A stretch of 63,750 bases of DNA, counting the filler, from Sphacelaria rigidula (lineage: Eukaryota), in assembly GCA_964200075.2 (NCBI GenBank). It is 11 parts of 11 records of this genome, joined end to end, with 100 filler letters (N's around TTAATTAATTAA, not from the genome) between each part and the next. Parts side by side here need not be neighbours in the genome. Positions count along the whole stretch, not along the records: positions 23,222 to 28,926 come from CAXNAA020025111.1; positions 29,027 to 34,730 come from CAXNAA020025112.1; positions 34,831 to 40,534 come from CAXNAA020025113.1; 8 more parts are not named here. One strand, given 5' to 3'. A program made the position numbers and the translations under genes. Below the pieces are notes generated by a model that was not told the origin of the DNA, ran no database searches, and was given only the letters and a program-made list of their open reading frames with translations. Shown in pieces: positions 26,258 through 38,845 of the stretch. Positions within the stretch are counted from its first letter, which is position 1; the number at the start of each line of letters is the position of its first letter.

Positions 26258-29200
26258 CAGGACCTTCCCGCCTGCAACCACTTGACGTCCGTTACCTCTT
26301 TGACGGGGTTTCGATATTGTCCCATGATATATATGTATACTTGCTGTTCGTTCTGCGGTGTTTCATTATGTGTAACCTTGCGTGTGTATTGTGTCTGTAC
26401 GCGTTGTGTTGTGCAGGTGGTGTGGCGTGTATGTTTGTGCTGCTGTGTCTGAGTCTCGGTGTGTCGATGTCTCTCAGTCTGTATGTAGTGTTTTCGTCGT
26501 CCTCGAATGGGCTCTTGCGCCTTTAGGTCATCATTTACTGGCTCTTCTCTGCTGTACCATTTTTGTTTGCATTGATTCGATTGATCCTGGCGCGCTTCAT
26601 GCTACGGGACGAACGAAGCCGCGGCCGCACAGTATACGCCGACGGTGAGTTGACGGAAACATGTTGTGTGCTATTTATTTACGATGTTGTCGAGTTAATG
26701 GCGAGGATTGCGGTAGCCGTAGCACTACAGGTACCCGGGTACGAGTTCAGGAGTCGGTGCGAGAATGCACAAGTTCTTTTTGTTCTCTTTCCGTACGGGT
26801 ACTAGCATACAGACTCGGCCTGCCACATAGAATCGTGAAGCTGCGCCCAGGCTTGGTGTATCGCTTATGGAGATGCTGGACCAGATGCCTTCGCTTTTTG
26901 TCACCTTTTACCTAGAGGTATGAGAGCTCGCGTGGGGCCTTTTAAGATTGAGTCACGTCTCGTAGGTCGAAAATCTTTTCACAAAAAGTTGAGCCTTCCG
27001 CTTTTCTTGTGCGGGTGTTTTTCGTGTGCGCATTTCTTTCTCAATAGCGGGTCGTGGCTGTCTGTTCGTTAGCATCACCGTAGAACATACGAAATTTTGC
27101 TCAGCAGCAGGTAGCCCGGAAAACGGTTGAGTATCTCTTTTAATTTGTTCGAGAGGGGAAAGTAGGGATACCTCGATCGACCGTGCTTGTAAATATTACT
27201 CAAGTGTTAAGTCAGGCGATGACAAAATGGATGTACAGGGGCACAATGGCGATGCAATGGACGACGTGACGCGAGATACGGGGGCACGGGAAATCAGCTA
27301 GTTCGTGGGGTCCAATAGAGCTCCCACATCGGTTGCATGAATTGGCACGCTCATGTGTGTGCGTGTTAGCTCACGGCACGAGGAAAATCAAAGGGAGCCT
27401 CAAGGAGGATGAACGTGCGGTAATCAGTACAGACAACATGGATGCTGTAAGGGTATACCACGATGTCGGGGTGGTGCGTGCCGTGATGGGGTCATGAGGG
27501 GGAGGAGGGGGGGGGGTGTCGATATACTTCGAGCACACGCTGATTCAAGCAGGACCGACTCCCTTATCAGAGAGTAGAAGGCAGCTTGTACAACACCAGT
27601 TGTCGAGATCGAAGCGATCAAACGCGGTATGTAAATATCTTAATTATCACGTTGAATACCACTGGCATACGAGAGGGAAAACACACATTGATCACAGAGG
27701 GGCGAGGAGTGCGGACGTTATTCCTTGATGCGTGATCCGTACTCAGGGACAGCTGGACACGACTGATGAAGTCGATCAAAGGACACGGCCGAGCCGATCA
27801 TGTTGTTGTATAAGAGTAGTATTACATAGCTTGACTAAGCAAGTCAAGGAAGAAAAAGAAGGAAGAGAAATAAGTGAACTCGTTTCGCTACCCAACACCG
27901 GGGTAAGCGGAGCCCCTTACCATACATTGCGTACGTGAGTACAAGGCATACGCCTACTATAGTATCAAATCCCACCGCATGTAACTCTCAAAAGCCGTGA
28001 AGACAGGTACCTCTGTACCGTGGTTGATCTGTACTGTGGACTACACTGAAAAGACTGTTCACTCGAATACCCACCTTGCACTGTCATTTCAGTGGTAGGT
28101 TCGCGGGAAACCATTGAAGACAATAACAATTCATCCTGTGAGCAAGGGTGTCTCTCCAAACTACACACGTCACTAAACAGGTACTTTCGGGAAATATCGT
28201 ACCTGCCTCCAGAGGCAACACACACCAGAATCATAGGTGCGCCCCTTCTTTCAAACAGTTACTTCGAAATCCTCTGCACCTCGTTCAAATTCTTGCGCTC
28301 GAAGATCCCGATCACCGTACCAAGATCCAAAACCAAGCTCTATCGAAACTAGAATAATAATGATACCCGTACTTGGAAATTTGTGAACAAACTCTCACGC
28401 TTTACGCTTTCCCATGGTGCAAGCAATACAGTGCACACCGAGTATCGGTTCAGACATGCATCCAACTCTGCAACATAGTAAAAAATCAAGACCCCCAGGT
28501 GAGGTTTATTTTACGCCCATCTTGCAGTACAGCGTGCGCATCATCAAGTGCACATGCTCTATTTTTCAAATCTTCGAGATATCAATCTTCCTAACAGAAA
28601 ACAGAAAAACTATTTCAGTCGAAGACTACGGAACTCTTACATCGCGATCCGGCAGAGCAAACATTTTCGACACATACTGTCAATCAAGCGTATGATCAAT
28701 CGTGTACCAGAATTCTCCTTGGCGAACCGGCAGAACGAAATTTCGCTCAACTGTTTTCAACACGCGCAATCAAAATCACAACATGACATTACATCTTACC
28801 TCCCCCCCCTCATTTTTTGCTTTCAAAAAGTCTGCGTCTAACAGCCAATTTTTAATTTTGGGGTTCAACACTAAAATGGGGCTGAAGTCGCATTTATCTC
28901 TTGCAGGGAAGATACGAAAGAGTAACNNNNNNNNNNNNNNNNNNNNNNNNNNNNNNNNNNNNNNNNNNNNTTAATTAATTAANNNNNNNNNNNNNNNNNN
29001 NNNNNNNNNNNNNNNNNNNNNNNNNNTAACATCAGGCGTTGTATGGCCATTTTTTTCGTGACACTTTTAGCTGGTTTGGGGGGGCGGGCTATCGAAGAAA
29101 GTGTCTAAGGTTTTGGCTCGTTCGTTTTCAGTTCATAATCCCTCGTCTTCCTGTACAACGTTGGAATTTGACTGCCAAAAATGTTTAATGGTTTGGAACG

Positions 29201-32200
29201 AGCTTGTCGTCTTGTTCGATCGTGGGTGTGATCGTGGTGTAGCAGCCCGGATTTTTGTTCGTGTTGTCTGGTGTGCGTTGGACGTCAGTGATGGGGGGAG
29301 GTATGTAGGTTGTGTTCTTGCTGCTGAACATCAATTGATACGTGATAGAACTTTCACTTGCCGACATTCAAGCGTTTGTATTTTCTCGTTGTACTTATCA
29401 CGTTCTTCCACGCGGAAGGTGCGTTATTTGAAGGGGGCACTACGCAAAACAGCGGACCGTGCATCACGGACGGTGCCGGATAGTGTAATCGTGTTGTTGA
29501 TGAATGAAAATGACGGTACGGTCATCTATCTCACTGCGTTCTTGTTTTGTAGACGAAAATGCCCTAGAAATCGAGGAGCCACGGCGCCGCGGCGCCTCGC
29601 GCCGTTTCGATTCTTCTGTAGGTCAAAGCTTGACAAGTGTCGTGTTCTCCTTGTTCATCTTGACTGCCGCTGAGCGCCCACCGCGTGGGTTCGGAGAAAT
29701 GCCGGCTCGCATCGCGTCGTGCTCTCGCCCGGCCCTGTGCCTTTCAATACGTCGACCCCGTTGGTGAATAGCAAGGCAGAACCACTCGTGCTCGACGCGC
29801 GATGCTGCCTAGGGTGGTGGGATTCACAGGCCAGAGTGTAGCTCGTCTTCATGTCATGTTTTCACGTGCAACGGTCCACATTAGAGTAAATCGCCGTGTA
29901 CATCTTCGACTCACACTTGTCTTTGATGGAGGTGCATTTTGCGTTGATTCTTAGATGCCCTATAAAGATTTCCATAAGGAGGAGCATGCATCATCATCGT
30001 GAGCGTGCGCTGGGGCGTGCTACTTACTCTGCATGGTTGACTGTCGCGCAAGCAGACATCGGACGCTCCTTGACTTCGTAACCCTGAGCGTATTTCATTT
30101 CATCCAACCGATGCACACGTGAGCTATGTGCCGCGTTGTGATTAGATTTTTCTTCACAAATACGATACCACGCAGTCAAAGTCGCTCAAGTTGGCATTTG
30201 ATTATCTGTGACGGTGCCAACGAAAAGTGTACAAAGGCCTTCCACTGCAGGAGTGAACTCCACCACTTCCTTGGTGCTAAAGGTATGTAGTACCCATTTC
30301 ACGTCATGGTACGAGGATGCCACTCCAATGACTTGATGGTCTCGAGGCCTATGGGTTGGAGCCCCCCCGTCCTGGTCATCGTGACGGATATACCCAAACT
30401 GGGAGAGGTGGAGAGACGAGATGGGACGGGGTGTAGGCCAGCACGGTTCAGGGACCGACGGTCTAGTCTCTGTTACGGTTGTTGAAGTAAAACAGTGCAC
30501 CGACACACGTCTGCAAAATGTGTGTCTAAAATATTTTGAGAACGCTTATCGTGGTACAAATACCGACACATGCTTTTGACGATAGGGGAGGGGAATGTGG
30601 GAAGGTCCCAAATAGCAGCACTACAGTAGTCACAACGACAGTAACCATGGAGGACGAAACGACCTTCTCACTCCAAGCCGATGTTCCCAAGAGGTGGGAG
30701 AAAAAAACAGGGCGGTCTAATTACTCGAGGGGGGAAATGATCTCCGATGGTTCATGACTCGAGCTTCGAGATAAGGATTCGAGAATCATCATCGGAGCCT
30801 TACCCCCCCCCCCCCCCCCTCCCCGGTGTTGAACTTGAGCCCTTTTGACTGAATTTGAAAATAATTGGATGCCCTTGTTTCGATTGAGTTAACCCTGCTA
30901 CGTGCTGCTACTGCAAATACTTGGTGCTTGTAGGAGTACCTTATCATGACTCACGTACTACGTTTTGCCCGTTGTGACGGTGGTTTCGCCCAAAGCCGGA
31001 CAGGAGAAACGCAAAGAGGAGAGAATTGATTGAGAATACGTTGTCTCGACGATGCCGTGCCAGGAAAGTACTTCAGAGAGATATGCCGCAGATAGCGCAG
31101 AGGATAGCTCTCTATTTCAGCAGCTGAGCGACGAAGATTAGGCGGGAGTAACTCCCCACATCTACAGTCTCCGGAATATACTTCACGCACCCACATACAG
31201 ACCTCTCGATTTTCTCGTGAGACCGGAGATTGGTGATCAATACTCTAATGGATGCTTTCCTGTCAATTCATGCGTGGTGCCAGGTGTACAAAGCGATTTA
31301 CAGCTCAAGTTCCACGCTTGCTTTTGTAGCACCGTCTATCTCTGATATGGTGATCGGAGTTATTGCGCGTCAGCCAAACTGTGTATGTCGCCTTACATTG
31401 ACCCGTCTGCGGAGCCTAGGCTCTCCCTGTGGTTCGAGATCGAGGATAACGTTCACAGTTTTTTGCAGTTTGAAGCTACGCCACGGGGTATTCAGTCCAT
31501 GTGTCCCGGCCAATTGATGGGGGCCGTTCTCGTGGGAACGACCTGTATGTAGTATACACTTCGTCATTCGGACAGTATTCTTCGAACGTACAGGAGCCCG
31601 CGGAGTTTTCGACGGTGAACCATTGAACAAAACAGGTCCGTTTTTGTCAGTGGGGCCACTTCGAAGTCGTTGCTGCAACTTCGCCACATGCCGTCGAGTT
31701 GACATTTTTTAACATGGTTGTTGTCCTCAGAAGTGAGGGCGTAAAATCTCGTTTGGGAGTGCATTCGCCGGTTGATCTGTTGTTCGGGCCGAAACTGCAG
31801 AGAGGCAGAGGATCGTATCTGGTCCGCATAGCATAATCCATTGAAAGTCCGAACTTCACATGCATGTTGCTGACATGCTACAAAGTGTTGCCACTTCCGA
31901 TATCCCAAGGGGAAAGTGGTGTCCTCACCCGAACAATATCATTGTTCTACAGGCTGGACTTACAAGTGAAGACGAGGAGTGTCTCTAGGGCACGTAGTAC
32001 AACAGCTAGATGTTGGCCTCTGGTCAATTATTGCAGCCCCACTCAAAGTGTTGTCGCATCCTCCCATATCGTTTGGACCACTCGCGGCTTCAGCATGAAC
32101 ATCGATTCCTTTGCCACAAAAGCAAAGTAGCCCATGTTTCATATTGTCCTTCCCTTGTACAAGAAATAAAATCCAACCATCCATTCTCAAACAACTTTAA

Positions 32201-32670
32201 TTAGTTAAATATTTAATTAATGAAATTATCTATTTTTATCTTATCTACACAGATGAGCCAGCATTTGTGAGCGGGGAGTTACGGGATATACAGTAGTCCA
32301 GGAATATTTCTCGGAAGGTTCCTTGTGGTTGGAGAACGGGAGATGCTGCTGTTCCTAGAATTAAGAGTTGTTGATTTGTAGATCGTGAATGGGTTACGGA
32401 TTGGGGCTCGTAAGCTGACTGGAGACGATGTTTCGTGAGCAGTCGTGATAATAGGATAGTGCTTGCTTCACGCCCTCACCTACCACTCTCTGGTTTCCCA
32501 GACCTCTCTCCACCCCATTCCCTCCGTGTGTGGGTAGTAGCAATAATAAAGATTGAAAGCACGTGATCTTCATCTTCTTGAAACCCACTGCACGAGGGTA
32601 GTATTATGTCTGGGAACACGACTCGGGGTTGTTGTTGTGACTGATCAACACGATCATTTGAATACGTTAA

Positions 32671-32787
32671 CCCTTCGGGAACCCATTTCGATCTTTGTCC
32701 TTGTGAATCGGCATTTCTTTGACTTGAAAATGACTGAAAATGATGCCGATTCACAAAAACAAAGATCGTCAATGGGTTCCAAAAGGG
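32671..32787. mobile_element. piggyBac-type MITE (117 bp, palindromic)
   Basis: TTAA|CCCTT...AAGGG|TTAA. The arms GAACCCATT..GATCTTTGT..TTGTGAATCGGCAT and ATGCCGATTCACAA..ACAAAGATC..AATGGGTTC are inverted. Confidence 0.9.
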
Positions 32788-33379
32788 TTAACGTGAAGTT
32801 CGAACCCGACTCGTTGTTCTGAGATGGTACACCAAGGAAGTAGAGTTGAAGGACTCAAGGCACTGCTCGAGAGCGCAGGCAAGGACCTTTGAAGAAAGGC
32901 TGTCGCGCATCAAGGCTGGTCGGGAGATTACCCGTGGACAACAAGAGGGGCCCGTCGGTGGGGGCCAGTCTTCATCCTCCTGAAGATGCTGGGACTGGTG
33001 AGCGGGCAAGGCTTACTTCCGGTAATAGAGGTGGAGTCATCATCGATAACCTGCTGCCAGCTATCAGTGAGGTTGAGATTGCAAGGGGTAGCAGTGTCAC
33101 CATAGGATCTCGGGGGGGGAAAGCATCAAACTAGCTGTTCTCGAGCTTGGGAGTGATACAGATTTTTCGCTGTGGACGAGACGTTTTTAGGGCGCCCTAC
33201 CGAAAGATTGTAAGCAGGAATTTACCGCAGAAACTGGCGTGATGGTAGGCGACCCATCCGTGACTCCTCGATTTTTGCTTGATCAAGGTTTTAGTGGAGG
33301 CAAGAGTAAGACGGCCACGTGTTACCTGGGCGTGTTTAGCGAAGAGCCATCACGGACCGTGAGTTGCTATGCAGGGTGT

Positions 33380-34400
33380 TTGACACCAACTCCCCTTGTG
33401 CAGGTTGGCGTATGTTATGTAGTTGGTTCTCGCCGAGAATTCTCTCCGAGAAGTGGGAATGGAAAAGGTGTTTCCAACGAGTTCGAGATGGAGAAGAAGG
33501 AGGACCCGATGATTTTTTTTGCGCGTGTAGACAAGATAGTGGATATGCTGGTATCATTAGGGATACACGTGCCTGTAGATGATCTTAATCTCAAGATAGT
33601 AGAGGTACTCACGACCGACTACGGATACGAACAAGCCTTCGATCTTGTACACAGACAGCACCACCCGTGCCGAGATAGTCTACAGTAAAACAGAGATACG
33701 CGCTCATGTCTAGGAGTGGTACGAAGAGGCGTAGCATAGGGCACGCTCTCGTTACGAGCAAGCCCATCCGCCGAAGTCACGAACAAGATGGCGCTACGGT
33801 GGTGAGAGTGGTACCCGTTGTACTGTAGCGGCCAAGAATGACCGAAACAACAGTATGAAGATCGTAGGCAAGAAGTATGACGATATGTGGAACAAGTGTC
33901 ATCGTTGCTTAAGCCAGGTAATCGACGGTTCGACTGCGCCGCACACACTACCCCTGCCGCGAAGAATTCACAGAGCAGCTCTGGTGAGATCATAGCGTGT
34001 TTGTCAATTGGTATGCATAGCGATCAGGATGCGGTAGGACAGCACGAGGAAAATTAGGATAACACTGACAAGTGGATATAGCTGATAGTGATGCGACCTT
34101 TCACATGACTAGATCAGCTGACGTACTCCGTGACATGCAACCGTCCGAGGATGAGGTTAAGACTGGTAAAGACACTTCAATCGGCGTTGAGGGTTATGGG
34201 TCGTGACCTGTTGTTCTTCCCAACGAGGCAAAAATAATGACAATGGGGCTTGCTAAGGTGGCGTACGTACCCGATTTAGCTTTCAGTCTTTTTTCATTGA
34301 TGATTGCGCACACACGGGGAGTAGGTTTTACGACTGATGATTCGGATACGAGTTTGACCCTACTGCATGGACGACGTAGGTTTCCGAGTGATGGAGATTT
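33380..34400 (+). pseudogene. Ty1/Copia gag-protease remnant
   Basis: Gag-like FEMEKKEDPMIFFARVDKIVDMLVSLGIHV...IVEVLTTDY. A frameshifted zinc knuckle KCHRCL/KPGNRRFDC at ~33895-33938. Protease-like KW.ADSDATFHMT...VEGYGS...KVAYVPDLAFSLFSL at 34070-34300. Contains stops and frameshifts. Confidence 0.85.
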
Positions 34401-34599
34401 CACAGACCCAGTTCATTCAGCGTAAATGATCATTTTGACGTCTTGAAGGCCAGCCCCACCCCCGCTACCCCTTCCTTAGACCTCAGGCACACAAGCGAGG
34501 AGGAGAGCATGGTGGATGTGCCTTTCCGTGAGATCGCGGGAACCTGATGTAGATTACAAAGCAGACGAGGCCCGATATCGCGAATGCGGTTGCCGCCGC

Positions 34600-34730
34600 G
34601 CCCCGGTAGTGTAATGGTCCGACTGTCGCCATGAGGGTGGAGAGAACGGGGGTTCGATTCCCGATGCGTTGGGTTTTCTCTCCGTAATGTGTGATTTCCG
34701 CCGTGGAAAGCGTGAAAACGTGAGTAAACA
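34600..34730 (+). mobile_element. tRNA-derived head (SINE family B or tRNA pseudogene) running into the gap
   Basis: A-box GGTAGTGTAATGG and B-box GGTTCGATTCC (34651-34661) at tRNA-like spacing. The acceptor stem pairs poorly. Confidence 0.55.
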
Positions 34731-34830
34731 NNNNNNNNNNNNNNNNNNNNNNNNNNNNNNNNNNNNNNNNNNNNTTAATTAATTAANNNNNNNNNNNNNN
34801 NNNNNNNNNNNNNNNNNNNNNNNNNNNNNN

Positions 34831-34897
34831 TTGTAGGGATGCGAGGTCAATGGTCTGATGACTATGGCAAGCATGATCATGAGTACACCCCCCCCTC
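34831..34897 (-). repeat. Terminus of the GTACTCATGATC element (subfamily 2)
   Basis: Reverse-complement homologue of 36936-36978. Further copies at ~49297-49335 and 58047-58082. Confidence 0.75.
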
Positions 34898-35156
34898 ACA
34901 CTTGATACACGCGAAAGTTTCATTACAAGAGTGAACACCGCCGATATCTTGACGGACATTTCGACATCCCTACCTCCTCGCGGGTGGTGGCTTCACATTC
35001 ATGTCTTTTCAACGCGTAAGATCGTGACGTGTACTGTAACCTTAAATCACATTGCGCCGATTACACGATTCGCTTGACCCTGCTGGGCCCCACCCTCACC
35101 GACGGTCGTTGTCGCGGTCTGCTGGCTGGTAGTTATTGCAGAGAATGATGCACACA

Positions 35157-35599
35157 ACAGCCGATCATCGAGATTGAGGATGGAGCTTTTCATTGAGGAT
35201 GAGAACCTGGAGGAATCAAATCTTCGTATCCACACCAAATCTTCGAAATATGGTTCCATTCCTTCACCTACTGGCGGCTATTGACAACTGCTACACGCCG
35301 CACAAATTGGGATTCCGTTAATCGAAATATTGGGGTCCCAGATGAAGAAAACGTTCTGGGGAATATGGGTGATCCCATCGGGATCGCCGAAACTCCCCGA
35401 GATTGGGTCTTCACCTTGGACCCCAAAATTTCGGTTATCGAAGTCCAAATTTGCATGACGTGTAGTAGTTGTCAATAGCCACCAGTACGTGAAAGAGTGG
35501 AGCCATGTTTGGAACATTTGGCGTGGAGATGAAGATTTTAATCCTCCGGGTTCCCATCCTCAATGAAAAGCTCCATCCTCAATTTCGATGATCGGCTGT
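35157..35599. mobile_element. Foldback MITE (~443-bp near-palindrome)
   Basis: ACAGCCGATCATCGAGATTGAGGATGGAGCTTTTCATTGAGGATG...CATCCTCAATGAAAAGCTCCATCCTCAATTTCGATGATCGGCTGT. Symmetry continues to the centre near 35377. A related terminus lies at 17283-17316. Confidence 0.9.
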
Positions 35600-36929
35600 G
35601 ACATGGTGAAACTCAACCGCGCCCATATTCAAAAGCGTGCTGCCCATGCATACGCCACATCGGCAACAGTCCGTGCGGCAGCAGTACGAGGCAGCAGTAG
35701 AGCACACAGCACAGCACGCCACCGCGCCGCATCGCACGGCACGGCACAGTAGAGTACAGTCCCTCATATGCCAATTTATGTACCTAACCCTGTCACCGAC
35801 AGACGTGACTCCCCCTTTGATACGCCAGCGCAGCCGCGGCGTGACTTCTTGACGAGGTGATCATGAATCAGGCCAAGCGTACGGTACGGTGCAACAGTGC
35901 GGAACTCTCCGTGCGGTACACATGCGGTAGATGCGTGCCCGCCAAATCCTGCTGGCATCAATTTCGATGTGGTCGTCGTTGCTCGCGGCTTGAGCCTCCC
36001 ATCACGCGGCTGCCAGCTGTGGATGAAAGGGAGACAGAAGAGTGACGGGCTGTGCCAATGCCGTGTGCTGCAGTCGTTGCGTATCGGTGTTTCCCTTAAT
36101 CTCATCTTCCAACACCACCAGCTGTTTTCCTGGCCATTCTGTACTCGAGTATTTTTTTACCCCGCAAGGACCTAGATCGCTTCAATACTACTATACTGTA
36201 CACATGTGTCTTGTTTGTCTCTCTCCGTAGAGTTACGTGAGTTACTTGAGTATTTTATTGGGCATATTCTCGCCTCGGCACGCTTTCCCGGCATAAACGG
36301 AAAACACATCGCCCGTTATTGATCGCTGGCTGCTTGATCGCTCCACCCTTTGCTCGTGTGCTTGGTTAAGGATCACCACAAATTAAATACGCACAGTAGG
36401 TATCAACAATATATCCACGTAGTTTTAAGGGTCGCTGTTGGCGGGGCTGTTTTTTTTTTCGACCTTTTTTTTTTGAAACGGCAAAAAAAAAAATTTTTTT
36501 TTTATGTGCCGAAAACATTTCCTAAACAAAACAANNNNNNNNNNAAAATCACTAAATATAAAGAGTCGAGGTTAAAGGAGCTCTTTTTTTTTTCAAAATT
36601 TATATTAAAAAAAAAAAAAAAAAAAATCGCAGATAAATGTGACGAAAATATTTCTTAACCAGATCAAAGAATAGAACAGTTCAAGACTAAGTACACATTA
36701 CTCGGAAAATCATGAGTCGCTGGTTATTTCAGGATTTTTTTTCCGTAACGTCGGAAAACGTTCCGAAAAAAATCGAAAACTCTGAGGGGGAAAAAATAAG
36801 GTCCCGCTAAGAATGCCTCTAACACGGAGTGGGACCCCGAAGGGTTGATTCTCGTGGTGCCGATTCGAACATCATCATGATGTGATCAAAATCGGCCGCA
36901 GAAAGATCCTCACCCCAGTGGGGAGGGAT

Positions 36930-37560
36930 TCTACGGTACTCATGATCTCATGATCTTGCATGCGGTAGTCATATGGCCATTGATCTCGCATCCCTACTAA
37001 GCCGAGACGGAGCACGCCGGGTCTCCGCCAGGCCAGACTCGTAATCGATCACCAAGCGCGAAATGTCGTGGTGTGCTCAGTAAGTCGCATGAAGAGTGAG
37101 CTGCATCCTGCTAAGGTTGTCCGACCCGAAGCGTACTGATTATCTTGAATTTGGATGTCAGCATCCGATGAGTTGCTCCATTTTCTGGTATCGCCACTTC
37201 CCGAGACAGCCACGGGTTCCGCACTGCTTCATGGGTGTCTCATTCTACGTTACGTAGGGGTGCACTGTTGTAGTCCAAAGGTTTTCTGAGGCTGCCACTA
37301 AGGTCCAGATGCCCGTCATCGAGAGGCTCCGACAGTTCAGAGCCTCCGAAACAGTTATGCATCCCTACCGTAGAATCACGCTGGACAAGTCTCGATGGTA
37401 GCCAAATCGTGGTGGAGGAATCAACCTGCTAGTAGATAATACAGGTCGATTCCGGAGGTGGCAGGGACCGAGCGTGGCCAAAAGAACGTTATCATGTTTA
37501 CAGCATTGACTGACGTATTCTTCGCGGGCTCGCCGAGAAGGCTGTTGACTCACGGTGCCG
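36930..37560 (+). mobile_element. Left end of the subfamily-2 element followed by a possible hAT transposase remnant
   Basis: 36958-37150 aligns with 49445-49620. Downstream PPKQLCIPTVESRWTSL (37343-37393) resembles the hAT TRW.S motif. Confidence 0.45.
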
Positions 37561-37609
37561 CCGATGTATCATTACAATTATAGAGGCGCCAATGCCCAGT
37601 CATTCATTA

Positions 37610-37985
37610 TGGATGGTGCCACTGGCACATGAGACGGGTCGGTGGGACGTGCCGCGGCACCTGCAGGAGGTGACGATGGGACTTGCCACGGCACCTCACG
37701 TGACATTGACATGTGCCATTGGCACCCCTCAGTTGCCGCGGCACGTCTCACTGGTGGTACCTCGTGGGTTGGAAAATGTGGCGACAGACAACACACTCAA
37801 CGTTTATAAGTGGTCTGACAGTCCAAGGGTCAGGATCAGGGTCGGGGTTAGGGTTAGGGTAATGGGGACCTCGGTAGGTGCCAGTGTGGCACCTCAAAGG
37901 CGCCGATGGGACGTGTCATGGCAACTTGACACGTACCAGTGTGCATGAGGTGCTAGTGGGACGTGTCAGTGCTGCTGGTACCATG
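37610..37985. repeat. Palindrome-rich repeat with an internal telomere-like tract
   Basis: Many short hairpins (GTGCCACTGGCAC, GTGCCGCGGCAC, GTGCCATTGGCAC) flank AGGGTCAGGATCAGGGTCGGGGTTAGGGTTAGGGT (37826-37860). Confidence 0.7.
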
Positions 37986-38592
37986 TACGACAAGGGGGGA
38001 CGGGGCACACTTGTCATGCCTTTGTTGTGTTCAGTGATTGATCTCCTAATGCAGTGATGAACCAAGGTAACTCGAGGTATGCCATCAATAGAGCCCCTTA
38101 CGCATGGGCCGAGGGGGCAGCTATTTTCTGACAGTCGTTCTTGGAGCGAGAGTGTGACGCTTAGTCAACATATGGAGATACCTCGAATGGAGCTTCGAGG
38201 AATCACGCCCGCACAGAGGGGTGCTGGGAGGCGTTTTCCCACGTTAGCCGTATTATTTCCCAACACACCGAGGTTGTTATTCAGGCCAACAAGATTGCGT
38301 ACGAAGCGGTTCAATATTCATTTCAACGGTCCACTTGTTGACCTGCTTTCTTCCAAACCCACGGTGCGCGCGTTTGTGCTGCTCTTTCTCTGGTTTGGTA
38401 AACGTCCTCTCAGGTAACGCTGCTTTTGGCACTCTCCCACGGACTCAGACGTGTGAGGCTCTTGCTTGACGGTTATGAAGACCGCGATCAGGAAGTCTGT
38501 AACACAGGACAGATGTGTTACGGGTGAGGGTGGTATCTACCGCGAGCACTTTCTTCGCCTTGTTTTTCGCCCATGTCAATCTGTGTGAGTAG

Positions 38593-38845
38593 CCGGTCGC
38601 CCTGGTGGCTCAGTTAGTAAGTGCGAAGCCTTTTGACGGTCGGATCGTGAGTTCAAATCTCGGTGAGGTCACAATGTGGAATTTCTTTTCACACAATGCC
38701 CACGAGTGGAGAGCGACTGTGTCGTGGATACAAAAATATCGACTTCATGGTCATCGAGAAAAAGGGACTGCTGAGCTCCTCTCGCGATTAAAAATAAGGC
38801 AGGTACCGCAGAACGAAAATGGAGTACTAACACAAAATAAAGATC
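38593..38845 (+). mobile_element. tRNA-derived SINE, family A
   Basis: TGGCTCAGTTAG (A-box) and GAGTTCAAATC (B-box). The body is colinear with 1-217 and the 3' end is A-rich. Confidence 0.8.

Noticed and set aside
26690..26765. Possible third tRNA-like head
   Set aside because: The A and B boxes are too degenerate and there is no second copy in the window.
34600..34672. Functional tRNA gene
   Set aside because: A and B boxes are present, but the acceptor and anticodon stems do not pair convincingly.
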